DNA of 64,000 nucleotides from Octopus vulgaris (Eukaryota): contig OX597822.1 in assembly GCA_951406725.2 (NCBI GenBank), positions 83,204,001-83,268,000 on the forward strand, read 5' to 3'. Made by a program: the position numbers and the translations under genes. Below the pieces are notes generated by a model. It was given only the letters and a program-made list of their open reading frames with translations, did no database searches and was not told the origin of the DNA. Shown piece by piece: positions 41,429 to 56,083 of the stretch (the first letter of the stretch is position 1; each line of letters begins with the position of its first letter).

Positions 41429-42871
41429 GCTGGCTATATTCCAAAAAACCTTCTGTCCCAGTCTGTTGTCCCAGTTTTCAAAAAGGGAAACAAGTCCCTT
41501 GCAGTGAACTACCGTCCGATCTCACTCACCTCTCATATCATCAAGGTATTTGAGAGGGTGGTGAGATCTCGAATAACCCAATTTCTGGAAAGCAACAGAC
41601 GGCTGATCTCCAACCAACATGGGTTCCGTAATGGAAGGGACTGCCTAACGCAGCTCCTGCATCACTTTGATGACATTTTGAGAGCTTTGGGAGAGGGCTC
41701 CAACACCGATGTCATCTACCTTGATTTCAGTAAGGCCTTCGACAGGGTCGATCACAAGATCCTATTGAAAAAACTATCCAACATTGGTGTCTCTGGAAAG
41801 TTACTGAAATGGATCAAGTGTTTCCTGACAGACAGATCTCAACATGTTGTAGTTGAAGGGGTAAAATCAAGCCCAGCCAAAGTCAGTAGTGGCGTTCCGC
41901 AAGGCACTGTGCTGGGCCCACTTCTTTTCATCATTTACATTAATGACATTACTGACATCATCAAGCACAGCAACATAAAAATTTTTGCAGATGATTCCAA
42001 GCTACAGAAGGTCATAAATGAGGCGAGTGACCGGACATGCCTTCAGTCAGATCTACTGGCTGTTATCCAATGGGCAGAAAAAAACAATATGCTGCTGAAC
42101 GAGGATAAATTTGAGTTAATCCACTTTGGAAAAGAGGATGCCCTGAAACTCCCATACTCCCTTCCTTCAGGTGAAACTCTCGCGGCGTCCAACAACATCA
42201 GAGACTTGGGAGTAATTGTGGACAACAACATAAGCTGGGCCACTCATATAAACACCAAAGTTGACATGGCCCGCAGAATGTGTTCCTGGATTCTCAGAAC
42301 TTTCCAGTCGAGAGATATCCACACCATTATCCTTCTCTTCTCCACTTTTGCCCGACCCCACCTTGAATACTGTTGTCCACTGTGGTCTCCCCACACAATA
42401 CAAGGTATCATAAAAGTTGAAGCACCTCAAAGGGCAATCACAAAAAAGATAGATGGCATGACAGGCCTCGACTATTGGGGTCGACTAGAAAAGCTAAAAC
42501 TTTATTCTCTCCAACGTCGTCGTGAGCGCTACATCATCTGCATGATGTGGAAAATATTCCATCAGCATTGCCCAAATGATGTTGGCATCACCTTTAAGGT
42601 ACATCCAAGGCTTGGGCCCCGTGCCATCCGCCCAAAACAAAAATCGCACTCTCATCTCATAACAACAATACGGCACAATTATTTCACCTCAATTGGCCCC
42701 GCTCTCTTTAACATTACACCAAAACACATTAAAACAGAAACTGACCCTATAGGGTTCAAGAAGCCTTTGGACAGATTCCTTCAAGAAATCCCGGATAAAC
42801 CCCCTACACCCGGATATGTCTCTGTAAACAATAACTCTCTACTTGAGTGGGCCATAGTGCCCAAATTCTGA
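41429..42871 (+). CDS. LINE ORF2 reverse transcriptase and C-terminus (partial; no real start codon)
   Basis: PVFKKG..NYRPISLTS, QHGFR, YLDFSKAFDRVDH, SGVPQGTVLGPLLF, FADD, RDLGV, RPHLEYC..LWSP; no stops. Confidence 0.93.
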   Translation, partial: AGYIPKNLLSQSVVPVFKKGNKSLAVNYRPISLTSHIIKVFERVVRSRITQFLESNRRLISNQHGFRNGRDCLTQLLHHFDDILRALGEGSNTDVIYLDFSKAFDRVDHKILLKKLSNIGVSGKLLKWIKCFLTDRSQHVVVEGVKSSPAKVSSGVPQGTVLGPLLFIIYINDITDIIKHSNIKIFADDSKLQKVINEASDRTCLQSDLLAVIQWAEKNNMLLNEDKFELIHFGKEDALKLPYSLPSGETLAASNNIRDLGVIVDNNISWATHINTKVDMARRMCSWILRTFQSRDIHTIILLFSTFARPHLEYCCPLWSPHTIQGIIKVEAPQRAITKKIDGMTGLDYWGRLEKLKLYSLQRRRERYIICMMWKIFHQHCPNDVGITFKVHPRLGPRAIRPKQKSHSHLITTIRHNYFTSIGPALFNITPKHIKTETDPIGFKKPLDRFLQEIPDKPPTPGYVSVNNNSLLEWAIVPKF

Positions 42872-42958
42872 CTTGAAAGACTTCACCAGATGGTGCTATT
42901 AAGTTGGACATGGCCTGGGCCAATAATGGCCGAAACCTATCAAAGTATCAAAGTAAGT
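41429..42958 (+). mobile_element. 5'-truncated CR1-type LINE, copy 1
   Basis: Starts after ATATATAT; open RT frame; 3' UTR GGTGCTATTAAGTTGGACATGGCCTGGGCCAATAATGGCC; (TATCAAAG)2 tail running into (TA)n. Confidence 0.95.
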
Positions 42959-43246
<288 letters not shown>

Positions 43247-44033
43247 TTCCAGTCGAGAGATTCCCTTCCAGTCGAGAGATTCCCACGCTATTATCCTTCA
43301 TTCCAGTCGAGAGATTCCCACGCTATTATCCTTCTCTTCCAGTCGAGAGATTCCCACGCTATTATCCTTCCTTCCAGTCGAGAGATTCCCACGCTATTAT
43401 CCTTCTCTTCTCCACTTTTGCCCGACCCCACCTTGAATACTGCTGTCCACTGTGGTCTCCCTACACAAAACAAAATATTATGAGAATTGAAGCTCCCCAA
43501 AGGTCAATCACAAAAAAGATAGATGGCATGTCAGACCTTGACTACTGGGGTAGACTAGAGAAGCTGAAATTGTATTCACTCCAACGACGCCGTGAACGCT
43601 ACATTATCTGTATGATGTGGAAAATATGCCACCAGCACTGTCCGAATGATGTTGGCATCACCTTCAAAATGCATCCAAGGCTTGGACCACGTGCCATCCG
43701 TCCACAACAAAAATCTAAATCGCATCACATAACGACAATACGGCACAACTATTTCACCTCAATTGGACCTGCTCTCTTCAACATTACACCAGGGCACGTC
43801 AAAAAAGAAACTGACCACACAAAATTCAAGAAGTCTTTGGACAAATTCCTTCAAACAATACCGGACAAACCACCCACACCCGGATATGTCTCCGCAAACA
43901 ATAACTCTCTGGTCGAATGGGCCTTGGTGCCCAAATCCTGAACTGAAAGACTTCACCAGGTGGTGCTATTAAGTTAGACATGGCCTGGGCCAATACTGGC
44001 CAAAACCTTTCTAAGTTATTCTAAGTTTCTAAG

Positions 44034-44036
<3 letters not shown>
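43247..44036 (+). mobile_element. 5'-truncated CR1-type LINE, copy 2 (different subfamily) with reiterated 5' junction
   Basis: Paralogous to 42302-42958; ORF open to the stop at 43941; TTCTAAGT-like tail repeats; five starts of TTCCAGTCGAGAGATTCCC. Confidence 0.95.
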
Positions 44037-44130
<94 letters not shown>

Positions 44131-44426
44131 ACATGTCCAAAGAGTTTTAACTTCCATAATTCAAAGTGTTATCAAAGTTTAAATCCATCAGTTAGCTTCC
44201 TGGAATTGTCCTTATGTTTCTAATAAAATAATAAAATATTATTTCCTAATAAACCCTGCTGAGTTATGTTTAATTTACATTTGTTTCTCTAAAGATAATT
44301 TATGGGCATCTTACATAATAGGTATATTTCCTAATATATGTGTTATGCACCCCTGAAACTTACATATTAAATGCTTTCAAAATATCACTGTTTGGTTTGG
44401 CTTTATTATTACAACTTATATATATA

Positions 44427-44734
<308 letters not shown>

Positions 44735-44854
44735 GTGCCAACTAAACGTGGCAGTCCTATAGAGGACGATGTTACTGTTGTTTTAGCCCCAGGAAGATAG
44801 CTTCCCCTTGCTGTATTTGCAAGGGAGATCATCGCTCCCATCTCTAGCCTTACC

Positions 44855-44907
44855 TGATGCACACAGACCCGGGTTTCTGGGTAGTCACCCGTCTTCAGTG
44901 TGTATCA
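44855..44907 (-). ncRNA. Type I hammerhead ribozyme (minimal, palindromic stem III)
   Basis: UGAUACACA-CUGAAGA-C-GGGU(GACU)ACCC-A-GAAA-CCCGG-GUC-UGUGUGCAUCA: full core, bulged stem I, stem II, self-complementary ACCCGGGU, GUC site. Confidence 0.8.
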
Positions 44908-44915
44908 GTCACTGG

Positions 44916-44976
<61 letters not shown>

Positions 44977-44977
44977 C

Positions 44978-45040
44978 AGGTGGTACTATTAAGTCACACA
45001 TGGCGTGGACCAATCTTTGGTCGAAACATATCTAAGTCAT
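44978..45040 (+). mobile_element. Orphan 3' UTR of the CR1-type LINE (similar orphan at 33880-33940)
   Basis: AGGTGGTACTATTAAGTCACACATGGCGTGGACCAATCTTTGGTCGAAAC resembles 43958-44006. Confidence 0.75.
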
Positions 45041-45780
45041 GTAATAACATATGATTCTGTAAAAGATAATACTTTAAACTATGCCAGTTTCGTACGCCTT
45101 AGTAAGTATAAAGAGCTTTGTAAATTTTATTCAAACTCTTTCTATATCCTTTGTTGTTTTATTTCATTTCACATTAATAAAAACTTACAACTATTTATAT
45201 TCTAGTTTATTTTGAATGGGTTAATTTTCTCCACTCTTTTAAGATTGATTTCATTACATTTTTTATATTGATTTTTTCATTAAATCATACTTTTGTTTTA
45301 AGATACACCAAAATACTCAGTATCGTAATTTCTATATTACTTCTATATTATCGATCTAAGCAAATATTATGAGAGACGATATCGTTTCATATACGTTCAT
45401 TAGTTTAAATTGAAATATTAAGCAAAATGAAAATTATGTAAATATAAGAAACAATGATACCTTAGTAATACCAATAACTTTAATTTTCAAGGCTTGATTA
45501 TTTTTTTTATATATTAACACCCCGAATTTATTCTCTTTTAGTTATACACAGCAATCATTTGCAATGTAACCCCTAATAATAATGTTTACGTTCATACGTG
45601 TTCTTTCCTCAAATTACACAACACGATCTTGATGTTGATTCAGTTATTTAAAACATTGATTCAAAGAAAATTTCTTTTCCATATCCCAATATATATAATA
45701 TAACTTCACACGCTCAGTTATTTCAATAGGAACTGCTTACACCTACAATATTCTTCTGACTTGGATGATATTTATGTTTT

Positions 45781-45834
<54 letters not shown>

Positions 45835-47699
45835 ATAAAAATAAATAAATAAACAAATATATATATATGTATGAAAATAAAAATAAATAAATAAACAAAT
45901 ATATATATAACAATGTTATATAGATAAAAAAACATATCTATATAATAAAATTGATTCGAAAGAGTTGAGTTTACGACATCAAAGGACAATTCTTGTTCTA
46001 TTAATCTGTAGTTGTGCGCCAAATGTATAATTTCCAGTTTAAAACATGCACGCACGCACACAGACACACACTTACACACACATTATACTTGTATATACAT
46101 ATTATATATGTATACGTAAATACACGCATATGTATATGTATAAGTAGTTATATATATATATATATTTGTGTTTGTGTGTGCATGTGTGTGCGTGTATGTG
46201 TGTATGTATATGTAAGTGTTTAGGTATGTATATATTTGTGTAACCTATACGTTGGCAGATGGAACAACTTGATATATCAAATGAATGATGTTATCTAATT
46301 AAATGACTACAGCATTTTAAAATATGAATATCTTGTTATACGTCATGTCATTAGTATACATACACACACACAAATATATATATGTATATATGCGTGTGTG
46401 TGTGTGTGTGTGTGTGAGTAACACAAATCATTATTCAAACAAATTTGTTTCTACATAGCGACAATACTAGTATTTACTCAAAAACCAAAGAAAACACGAG
46501 ATAACAAATGAAAAGAAGCAAACAGAGTAAAATACATTATAATAGAATCTCGAGTCTAAATTATGATTCGGTAACAATGAAGTGGGTTGCAATAGATTTA
46601 GAAAAGAGGGAAAGTAGAAATAGAGAAGCTTACGATAGCAACTCTCAGTGAATAGGCTTATAGTTTCGTCTAAGCTGGAATAAGTCATGGGTTTGAGGAT
46701 ATGTAACCAGTTTAATTAGAAGTGATAAGCATATAAGAAAGTTTAACGACGATTATGTAAGTAAATATGGGTCATAAATTAACTCTTAATAATGGAAAGT
46801 GTAATTACCTTCTGATTGGACCCCGAGGAGAAGGTGCCTACCGACTTTACTCATAGTGGAGTGGGAGGAGACGATAAATGGCTGGATATTCGTAGAATGG
46901 ATAATGTATTCGTAGGTTAAGATTTTTAGAATAAAATTACGAAGTTGAAAAAGGGAAAGGAGAAAGAAAGAGAAAATCAAAGCAAAATGAAATCACATTA
47001 GTCAAAAGTAGTGCCTTCCAGCCTTTTAATAAGGTCGACATCCTTTACTTCAGTCAAAATGAGACGATAAAGAAGGAATATAGCTTTCAAACATGAAACA
47101 TCGTTAGAAGTGAAGCTGAACTTATTGATAATTATTCGATTTTTCTTTCAATTTATTAATCATCCTATAGCCATAAAATACAATGTCTGCAGCCTCCAAA
47201 GAAAGCGGAAGCAGGTATGACAAGATGAGAGGCAATGATGGAGTTATTAAAGCGACTAACAAGAAAATTCAGATATAAAATATTCTGAGTTCGACAAAGA
47301 CGGGACTGGAAGTAGCTCGGTATTTCTTTTGAGTTTCTTTTTGAGTTCCTTTTTCTCTTCCTTTCAGCCCAGCAATATACAAACACCTAATTCTTAGAAG
47401 AAATTAGAGGTACTATGGCGTTCAAAGGCTGACCAGAAATGAAGCACTACTCTCAGCAATGAAATGGGTCGTTGATTTTCCAAGCATTCTTTTGACGCGA
47501 AAAATGCTGACATTTTACTGTTAGTCGAAGAGCCAAATGGTTTTTTTCAAAAGATCAGCTACATAACGAAAGGATGGAGTAAAACGTTTAAAGATAAACA
47601 CACACACAAATGTGCACGCACATACATCATTATGTTTGGAAAATAAGTGTCGTTACAATTTTATGGTTCAAAATCACTGGTAGTTTGATTTCTCCCATT

Positions 47700-47848
47700 G
47701 ACTACAAAACCAGAATTGCATGTCAACTATTAACCTTCGTCTTCCAAAGTCAGAATATTCTTCATCTCTGAGCAGTTGTCAATTATATATAAAGGTCAAT
47801 CATCACCCGTGACGGAATACTGCTCCGATATTCGGGACAGTGCTGCTG

Positions 47849-47850
<2 letters not shown>
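47700..47850 (+). mobile_element. Decayed LINE (CR1/Jockey-group) fragment
   Basis: IIYKGQSSPVTEYCSDI resembles LYKAQxRPxMEYCSHIW. Confidence 0.5.
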
Positions 47851-47891
<41 letters not shown>

Positions 47892-48630
47892 CTCTCTCTC
47901 TCTCTCTCTCTCTCTACCCCATCTCTCTAACACACACATACACAGAGAAAAACATGCTCATATTTACTTATACACACCGAAACATACACATCTACTCACA
48001 TAGATTGTATCTAAACGGAATTGAAGTAATTCAACAGATTGGCAACTACATACGTAGTACACTTTTAATGTTTGCTCCACATTTGCGCTGTCTCATCAAT
48101 CTGGCTTTTACACTGCAACCACAACATCCTCTGATTCTCGCAGCTAACTAGTTCTGCATCACCTCCTCCTTAAGCTATGCTGATTGTCCAGTTGTTCTTC
48201 TTCTCTTCACGCATGTAATGTTTCCTTCCCAGATTCAGCATTTAGAATTACGCACAAACCTTCGTCGTAGGATTTTAATCGGCAAAATCCACCGCTCGTC
48301 TCCTCTTCGTTAACTTAAAATGCATTCAAGATAAGTTAGAGAGGAACTCAAAAGCAATGGACTTCCATGCTTCTTGTCTAAACCAGAAAGAAACTCACTC
48401 AAGACACACATGTACATTTAACCATATATACATACAATATACATACGCACACATACATACATACATATGTATAAGTGATAAGTACCAACACATGAAATTC
48501 TCGGACCTTGAGTCACTCTGTTGCTTCTGCTATATATATATTCTTTTATTCTTTTATTTGCTTCAATCATTTGACTACGGCCATGCTGGAGCACGACCTT
48601 TAGTCGAACAAATCGACCCCAGGACTTATT

Positions 48631-48663
<33 letters not shown>

Positions 48664-48799
48664 GAAATATGGTATATATGTTTCCTTTTAGGTTAAATTC
48701 CTTCAAAGAGGATTTCTCATAGTTCTAAATAATTTTCAATTAGATATAGGATTATAGGATACTCTTAGTGGAAAATTAAATATATCACTTAGTCTAATC

Positions 48800-48866
<67 letters not shown>

Positions 48867-49938
48867 GTGTGTGTGTGTGTATGTGTGTGTGTGTGTGTGT
48901 GTGTTAATTCGACTAAGTGATGCATTTAATTTTGCGTTGAAAATTACTATCTATATCTAATTGAAACTGTATATGAAAGAAGTAAAGATAAACGGAAACG
49001 TATAAGTATGCGTATATTTATTTATCACATTTCTTGGCCCTCTCTTTAACTCCCACTGTTTTCCACTCGCTTATCTCCTCTGTACCTTTCGTTTGTCTCT
49101 GATTTTTTTCTAATCCTTCAATCCCGCTGCCCCCTACCCATCTCCCCTCCTTCCACGTGACCGGTGTCCGACCAGCCATGACCTTTCTTTCTTGGCCTGA
49201 GTGCCGAGGTCTTATGACCATCTCCTATGTTCCTGCCTTTAGGCTTTCACTTCATATACGCCAGCTCAATTTGAATCGTTCTCAGTCGAAAGACGCCTGT
49301 TGTTATTTCTTGTTGTATTCGTAACTGTGTACCATGTTCTCCGTTTTTTGTTTGTTTGTCTTTTTGTCTTTGTTATTGTACACATCCGGTAGCTTTCTTA
49401 CAAAGGGGTCTATTGCTCTTAGCTTAGACTTTTTAGGGGGCAACCAGATCGAACCATCTCAAGTGTAACTGCGCGAAAGGGTCGTGACTTCGGGAACTTG
49501 ACTGAGGAAAGAAAGCCACGAATGACCCGTCTTTTTTTTGCCTGTCTTTCTAATTGTTGTTTCTCTTGTCCGCCTTTGTATCGTCTATCTGTCCGAATGT
49601 TTTAACGTCCTCTATTGCGCATTTGTGTGTATGTGTTTGTGTATGTGTTATACGAAACGCATAAAATATGTAGGATCTATTACGACGTCTCTCTCTCTCA
49701 GCTAAAAATGGCAGCAAGTTTCACACCTCTCATGCTTGAATTTCTTAAAATGTGAATGACGGTTATACGTGAAATATAGAGCATGATGATAGAGGGAAAA
49801 CCTTTGATCATTGTTCTGCTGCTAAATCAGGGCTGCACTTTGGTTTACTAATAGCAACAACAATCATATAGCATTATAATTGAAGTGTATCCTTGTGTGT
49901 CGGTCTCTTCAAAGGGTTGAATCTTCAATAAGAAGCTA

Positions 49939-50305
49939 CCGTATTTGATGGTATAAAAGATGCATGGCTGTATTAGACACACCCTAACTTCAGCAGCGCA
50001 TTTTCTGGAAAAACATTTTAGTGCATTAAAGCATGTAATATTTAAAACAATCTAATCGTACATTACAAAACATTGCAAAAGTACCTTAGCGATTGCGAAA
50101 AATATCACTGTACACACATTGCAAATTATTATGGAGTTAGGCTAGATAGAAGAGATCGTCTGGATTAAAATAAGCTTATGGTAGTTAATGTTAGGGTCAA
50201 AACAAGCTTTGAGGAGGTCTTACTTGGCGTATGCTACCCGAGTGATTTATTTCAGACGTTTGATTTTTGGGGTAAAACGCGCGTCTCAGATGCTATCAAA
50301 TACAG
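49939..50305. mobile_element. Tc2/pogo-type MITE
   Basis: TA-CCGTATTTGATGGTAT.AAAGATGC ... GCGTCTCAGATGCTATCAAATACAG-TA. Confidence 0.75.
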
Positions 50306-51072
50306 TAAAAATCGAAGATGTAATTTAATAATTTCCTATGAATATCTAAGTGAATAAACAAGCATTTCTTTCAGTGTGTGCCTCTTCCTTGCGTATGTGT
50401 GTGTGTGTGTGTGTGTGTGAATGTGTGTGTGTGTGCGTGTGTGTGTGTGTTTTGTAGTATCTCTCTGTCATGATTTTCTATCATGACTAAAACATTACAA
50501 TGGGATGGCATGACGAAGACTCTGCCACCTAGCGACCGATCACATACAACAAAGGATATAGCCGTGAGGAAGACTGAAGAACCGCGACCAATCTGCTTCT
50601 GTTACATTTTCGGTGCCTCAAGAATGACGAAGCTATATAAGGGGCGGTAATTCATTGTCGCAATCGTGCGTGACATTTCTATCAGCGCTATAAAAGTTCC
50701 GCTGTATCTTGTTTTGGGATTTGAAGAAACCAGAATCTTGAATTGCGATTTTGGGAAAAGGTACAAAAGTATCGGCACAAATATTTGCACGATGCAGGCA
50801 ACATAATCTAAATGTTTGAAGGTCTTAAACTGATAACAAGCAAAAACATGCTAGATGGCTAGAGACTACGAACGGTGCAGTTTTCAAGCGAGAGTGTCCT
50901 TGTATAAGAATTTATAAGCATATTTAGGAATGACATGCCATGAAAACGTGCATCTCCTGATTTAAGCAAAATTACACTGCGGTCGTATTCTTTCGGCACA
51001 CACACACACAGAGACACAGACACAGATACCCACACACCCACCCACACACACACACACGCACACACGCACTCG

Positions 51073-52072
51073 CAAGAGTGGAATGAACAGTTCATAGGCT
51101 GACTATGAATCAGTGATGTTAGTGCCGTGAAATGTTTCATGCATAAATTTCAACCCTCGTTCTTAATAGCTACATTGTTCCCTCCCAGCTAAACTGACAT
51201 CTGGCTGTTCAAAGGAGATTTAAAAAGTCAAAATAGATAAAATTTGGCATTGTGATGTTATGAAGTACCCTTAGTAAAAAGGGTTTGGTCCCCAAAGACA
51301 TTCATGCTGACATGATTACTACCTTAGGGGTCGAAGTTTCAGATTTTTCAGAAGTGCAAAAGCAGGCAACTGAATTTCGGAGGGGAGAGACTTGAGAACG
51401 ATCCTGAGTCCGTAAGTCCTGCAACTAACAACACCGAAGAAAACAGTGGTCGTATACACTACATGGTGATGGATTATAGGCGATTAGCCAATGCTATTAA
51501 TATATACCGTAGCAAATTTGAGACTATCCTTGTTTAATGAGTGTTTCTATTGGGCAGGTGCCAGGTCTTCTGACCTATGGTCAAAAGAATATCAGGCTGA
51601 CTACATCAAGGGAAATCTGATGCTGAGACGGATTTAGTAGGTTTCTTTGAACGTTTCCTCATCCAAGATGAGTGTTGACTTCCTCACTTTGAGCCAGAGA
51701 CGAAGAGACAATCACTGCAGTGGAACCCCACCCCTTGCTTTCAATAGCTGATGTACGTGAGTGTGTCATTCAACTGGTTTATCACCTTCCATATTCTTCT
51801 GATTTGGCTCCATCTGACTATCATCTGTTCCCCAACATAAAAAAACCCCACTTGGCTGAGAACCAGTATTGTAGTGATGGTAGTGTCACATCAGTTGTTG
51901 ATGTTTTTGACTAACAAGATGAAAGCTCCTTCACCAATGGAATCCGATCACTGCAACATTGACGAAAGAAGTGTGTGCATCGCAAGTGGGACTATGCTGA
52001 AAAATAAACCCCATTTGGTTACATTCCATGAACGTATCTTGGCCAGCTTATTAACTTTTCAGCTGACCCTCG
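51073..52072 (+). mobile_element. Decayed mariner with both TIRs
   Basis: Left TGAACAGTTCATAGGCTGAC; right CAGCTTATTAACTTTTCAGCTGACCCTCG-TA; PKDIHADM and HLPYSSDLAPSDYHLFP motifs. Confidence 0.9.
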
Positions 52073-52722
52073 TAGTAGTGCCGCTCTATAGGATTGAACC
52101 AGAAACCATGTGCATGGGAAGTGATTTTTTTTACCACACAGCCATGCCTGCGTTCACAAAAAAAAAATAGAACTCTTAGACATGTCGGAGATTTGGTCCT
52201 GAAATATACATTTGTTCTGAACATTTGTTCTGAAGTGTAATTAACTAATGTATAATTGCGACGAGATAAAAAATCATTTTTTCAAGTCGAGTGTAAAGTC
52301 GATTAATTAAACACCATCGGTACTTGTTGACTGCAAACGAATTAAAAGGATTAACTGATTTAATCGAACCCGAATTCAGAACATAGCAACATAATGCAAT
52401 GTACTCGGATAACGGGAAGCGATTTCTTTGAAATATGCGTTGTTTTAACGTCGCCATGCATGTTATTCACGAAATACTGAAACAATGTTTCAACCCTGTC
52501 ATATCGACAGTTTTGTATGCAAACAAAAAAGACATGATAAGACAAACCCAAATGAATTTCCCCGTATTCTTGTGTCAGTGTTAGAAGAGCTTCAAAATCA
52601 AATAAAAGAATATTTTGAAAAGAGGTGGTCTTAGTGTTTCTATTTCCGGTATCTGAGTTAACGACATGGAAACATTGTGTTTTGATTAAACTTCAACTAT
52701 AAATCTGCCTCTTTATTAACCG

Positions 52723-52757
<35 letters not shown>

Positions 52758-52849
52758 CACATATATATATTTGAGTGTGTATATATGTGTGTGAGTGTAT
52801 GTGTATGTATGCATGTTATGTATGTATGTATATATATATGTATATATGC

Positions 52850-52902
<53 letters not shown>

Positions 52903-54592
52903 TATAATGTAATGCTGGAAAAATGCTGTTTTCCCTCTTTAGAGGCTGTTTTTTCACAGTTTGGTCATTCTCTCAGATATTTCAGTAAATTATGCAAGTA
53001 GAATAAAAAATAATTCAAGAACAGAGAATGAGTGAATGAAAGAAAACGACTGCTGTTGCTAGCCGCATAGAAATACAATTAGGACGTACAACAAAGATTT
53101 TTTTTTGTGCGTATGAAACAATGTAACCGTCACAAAGATGGAAGCCATCTTGCTAAAGATAATAAACTCCAGTTATATTTTTGATTCGATAGAAAAAATA
53201 TAGTCTCCAAATAATATCACCTAAAAGTAACAAAGAGAAAATGACATTCAAAACTACGAGAAAATAAAATCAGCAAGCTATGAAATAATATAGCCGGGAA
53301 TAAAATTTCGTCGAAAGAATAAAACATGGAAGTGAATCTTCAGCTACATTAGGCCACAAACGCTTGAGAAATAATGGTCGTTTTTTTTTATCTCTGCTTT
53401 TATCTCGCATGAATAACATTTCTATGATATATATTGAAACATAAGTAAAAAAAAATAAAATACCCAACAAAAGTAAAGCTATTCCACTGAACAATTTCGA
53501 AACCAGTTATAGAATTCTGGTCAAGTTATAGCTAAGTAGTTAATATTACATTTCTCTAAGATAAATGTTTGATTCGCTATCATGCTAACCTGGGTTCGAT
53601 TCTATCATGTGCAGCTCCATAAAAAAATATTTTTTTATAGACAGTCTTCAATGCTGAATGATGGTGAATCTAAAACATCACAGCAATCCCCATTAGCGCC
53701 ACCTCTTGTAAAATGCTCAATGAATTTTATGTATAAATTAGTACATTGAACCATTAATAGAGATCGCTGTAAAGGATAGAGAATAGATAATAATAAAGGG
53801 AAATATTTAGCCATTTGCAATTATACTGGAGTTGTTCTGCATCCATATAAGAAAGAAAACTTTAAAATCTCAGCGACCCTGTCCAATTAGTTGGATTGTA
53901 AGGATTGGATTTTTAATCTAGATATACTAGATAAGAAGATTATTACTATTACCGTGATTTCTACGACTGAAACAGCTAATGAACTAATCAAAATGTATAA
54001 AGTGAGCCGCGTTGTAAATTTGGACTGAATGGATTGGATTAGCAAGGCTTAAATTTTCTTTTCCTCTCGGGGCGTAGCGCAAATCCAATAAACGAATGTA
54101 AACTACCCATTTTTTTTATTCAATTGATTATTAGGAATCCTGTCAATCGATCCAACCGGTTTCTATGATTCAATCCTGTACAACTGCTTCTATGTTTATA
54201 TCAAACATTCAATGTACGATCTTTGTAGGATTTTGTTACATGCTCCTTTCAATATAATGCCCAACTATCAATTGGACGTCTCTCAAATTATCTCTATCGG
54301 AGATTTTCATCTCTCTGTGTGTCTGTGTATCTGTCACTCTCTGTCTCTGTCTCTTTCTCTCTCTCTTTCTCTTTACCTATTTGTCGATCAATCTGACTGT
54401 CTGTCAGTCTCTCTCGCACCTTTTCTTTCCCACTACTTTTCTTTGTTTATATTTTTCCCGTCTGATATTTTCCCATTTCTGTCAAAACTTTCCCCATTTT
54501 CTTTAAACTAATTTTGCTAAAACTTGTCGCTGTGTGTGAAGCAACGATCACAAAAGAAAACAGCAAGTAGCGGTCTTGTTTTGTGGTCATTG

Positions 54593-54624
<32 letters not shown>

Positions 54625-55079
54625 TCACACACCACATATGAACTTGCTAAGTAGGATTAGCGTTCGATTTCCTCGGTTGGAATTCCAAACAATATGGCTT
54701 ACCTTTCACAGCTTCGCTCCTAATTGGAGATTCCGACAATATGCAGTTGACAGTTTAATAATATTTACCGAAACAATCCCGCTTTGCTAAGTCTAGTGCA
54801 AATAATATACGATCCAAAGAGATTTATTGTTCTCCTACAAGCATTATAGCAGAAGAAAAACTTCAGCTCTGACATTGGTGCTTATATTATAGAATATTGA
54901 CGGAAACATTATGAAACTTGGCTCATTTATTACTAAAACAATAAATTTAATTAGTATTTTAGATATGGAACTAAATTATTCACCGTAGGCACTTGGACAC
55001 ATTTACATAAAAACATACGCTAGCACACATATATGCATGAACATATATTATATGGCGATGTAAATATTTAGAGATGTAG

Positions 55080-55369
55080 GGCGGCGATTTGGCAGCATCG
55101 TTAGCGCGCCGCCTTAGCGGTATTTCGTCTGCCGTTACGTTCTGAGTTCAAATTCCGCCGAGGTCGACTTTGCCTTTCATCCTTTCGTGGTCGATAAATT
55201 AAGTACCAGTTACGCACTAGGGTAGATATAATCGACTTAATCCGTTTGTCTGTCCTTGTTTTTCCTCTCTGTGTTTAGCCCCTTGTGGGTAGTAAAGAAA
55301 TAGGTATTTCATCTGCCGTTACGCTCTGAGTTCATATTCCGCCGAGGTCGACTTTGTCTTTCATCCTTT
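55080..55369 (+). mobile_element. SINE family B with internal tandem restart
   Basis: GGTATTTC.TCTGCCGTTACG occurs at 55119 and again at 55303. Confidence 0.9.
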
Positions 55370-56083
55370 AACAAAAATATTTAAACAGTAGCGTGAAATA
55401 TTGAGTTAAAACACTTTTGAAAAGGTTAAAGGCTGCTCGTAGGGCTCGAACCCGCATCAAAGACTTAGTTGTACATACTTGCTATAAATTCACATTGGGA
55501 TTATTCTAATCAACATTGAACACGTGTCTTTCAGTATGAGCGTGCTATTGCACACAGTCGTCTGCTCTGTGTGGATAATGCGACTAACGTATCTTTTGGT
55601 GTGGACTAACCTTTATCTTATGGATTACTTAACGTGGTTCAATATTTAGATCATGTTTCATATTATCTTCTTTAATTAGACATTAGTATGACCGGCCTGG
55701 AATTAATACTTTTTCATTGTCTTTCCAATAAGTACAGGGATTTTTAGATTTGGTGTCTGGAGAAATTGAAATGTTTAATGTGAAAATTTTTTCCAGCCTA
55801 AATCGTGAGTTATCAATTTTTGCTTTTATTGTGGATGGGTTTATTTAGCAGTAGAAAGAGAGAGAGAAACCCCGCACATTTCGTTTTATAAATTTCACTA
55901 GTATTAAATATCTAACCTTATCAGATTGGTGTATTTCTGTGAAAATGAGTGTCGAAAAAAACAGCTTGAAATTGAAATATGCAACTGACTGAAAAATAAA
56001 TCACCCAAGGAAAGAAAACTAAATTATTTGAAAATTATTTTATTCCTGCTGCTTTCGTATTTGGTGCAACATGCGTCAACTAT

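Noticed and set aside
43247-43410. CRISPR-like ~35-bp periodicity
   Set aside because: No unique spacers; units are LINE sequence; eukaryotic context.
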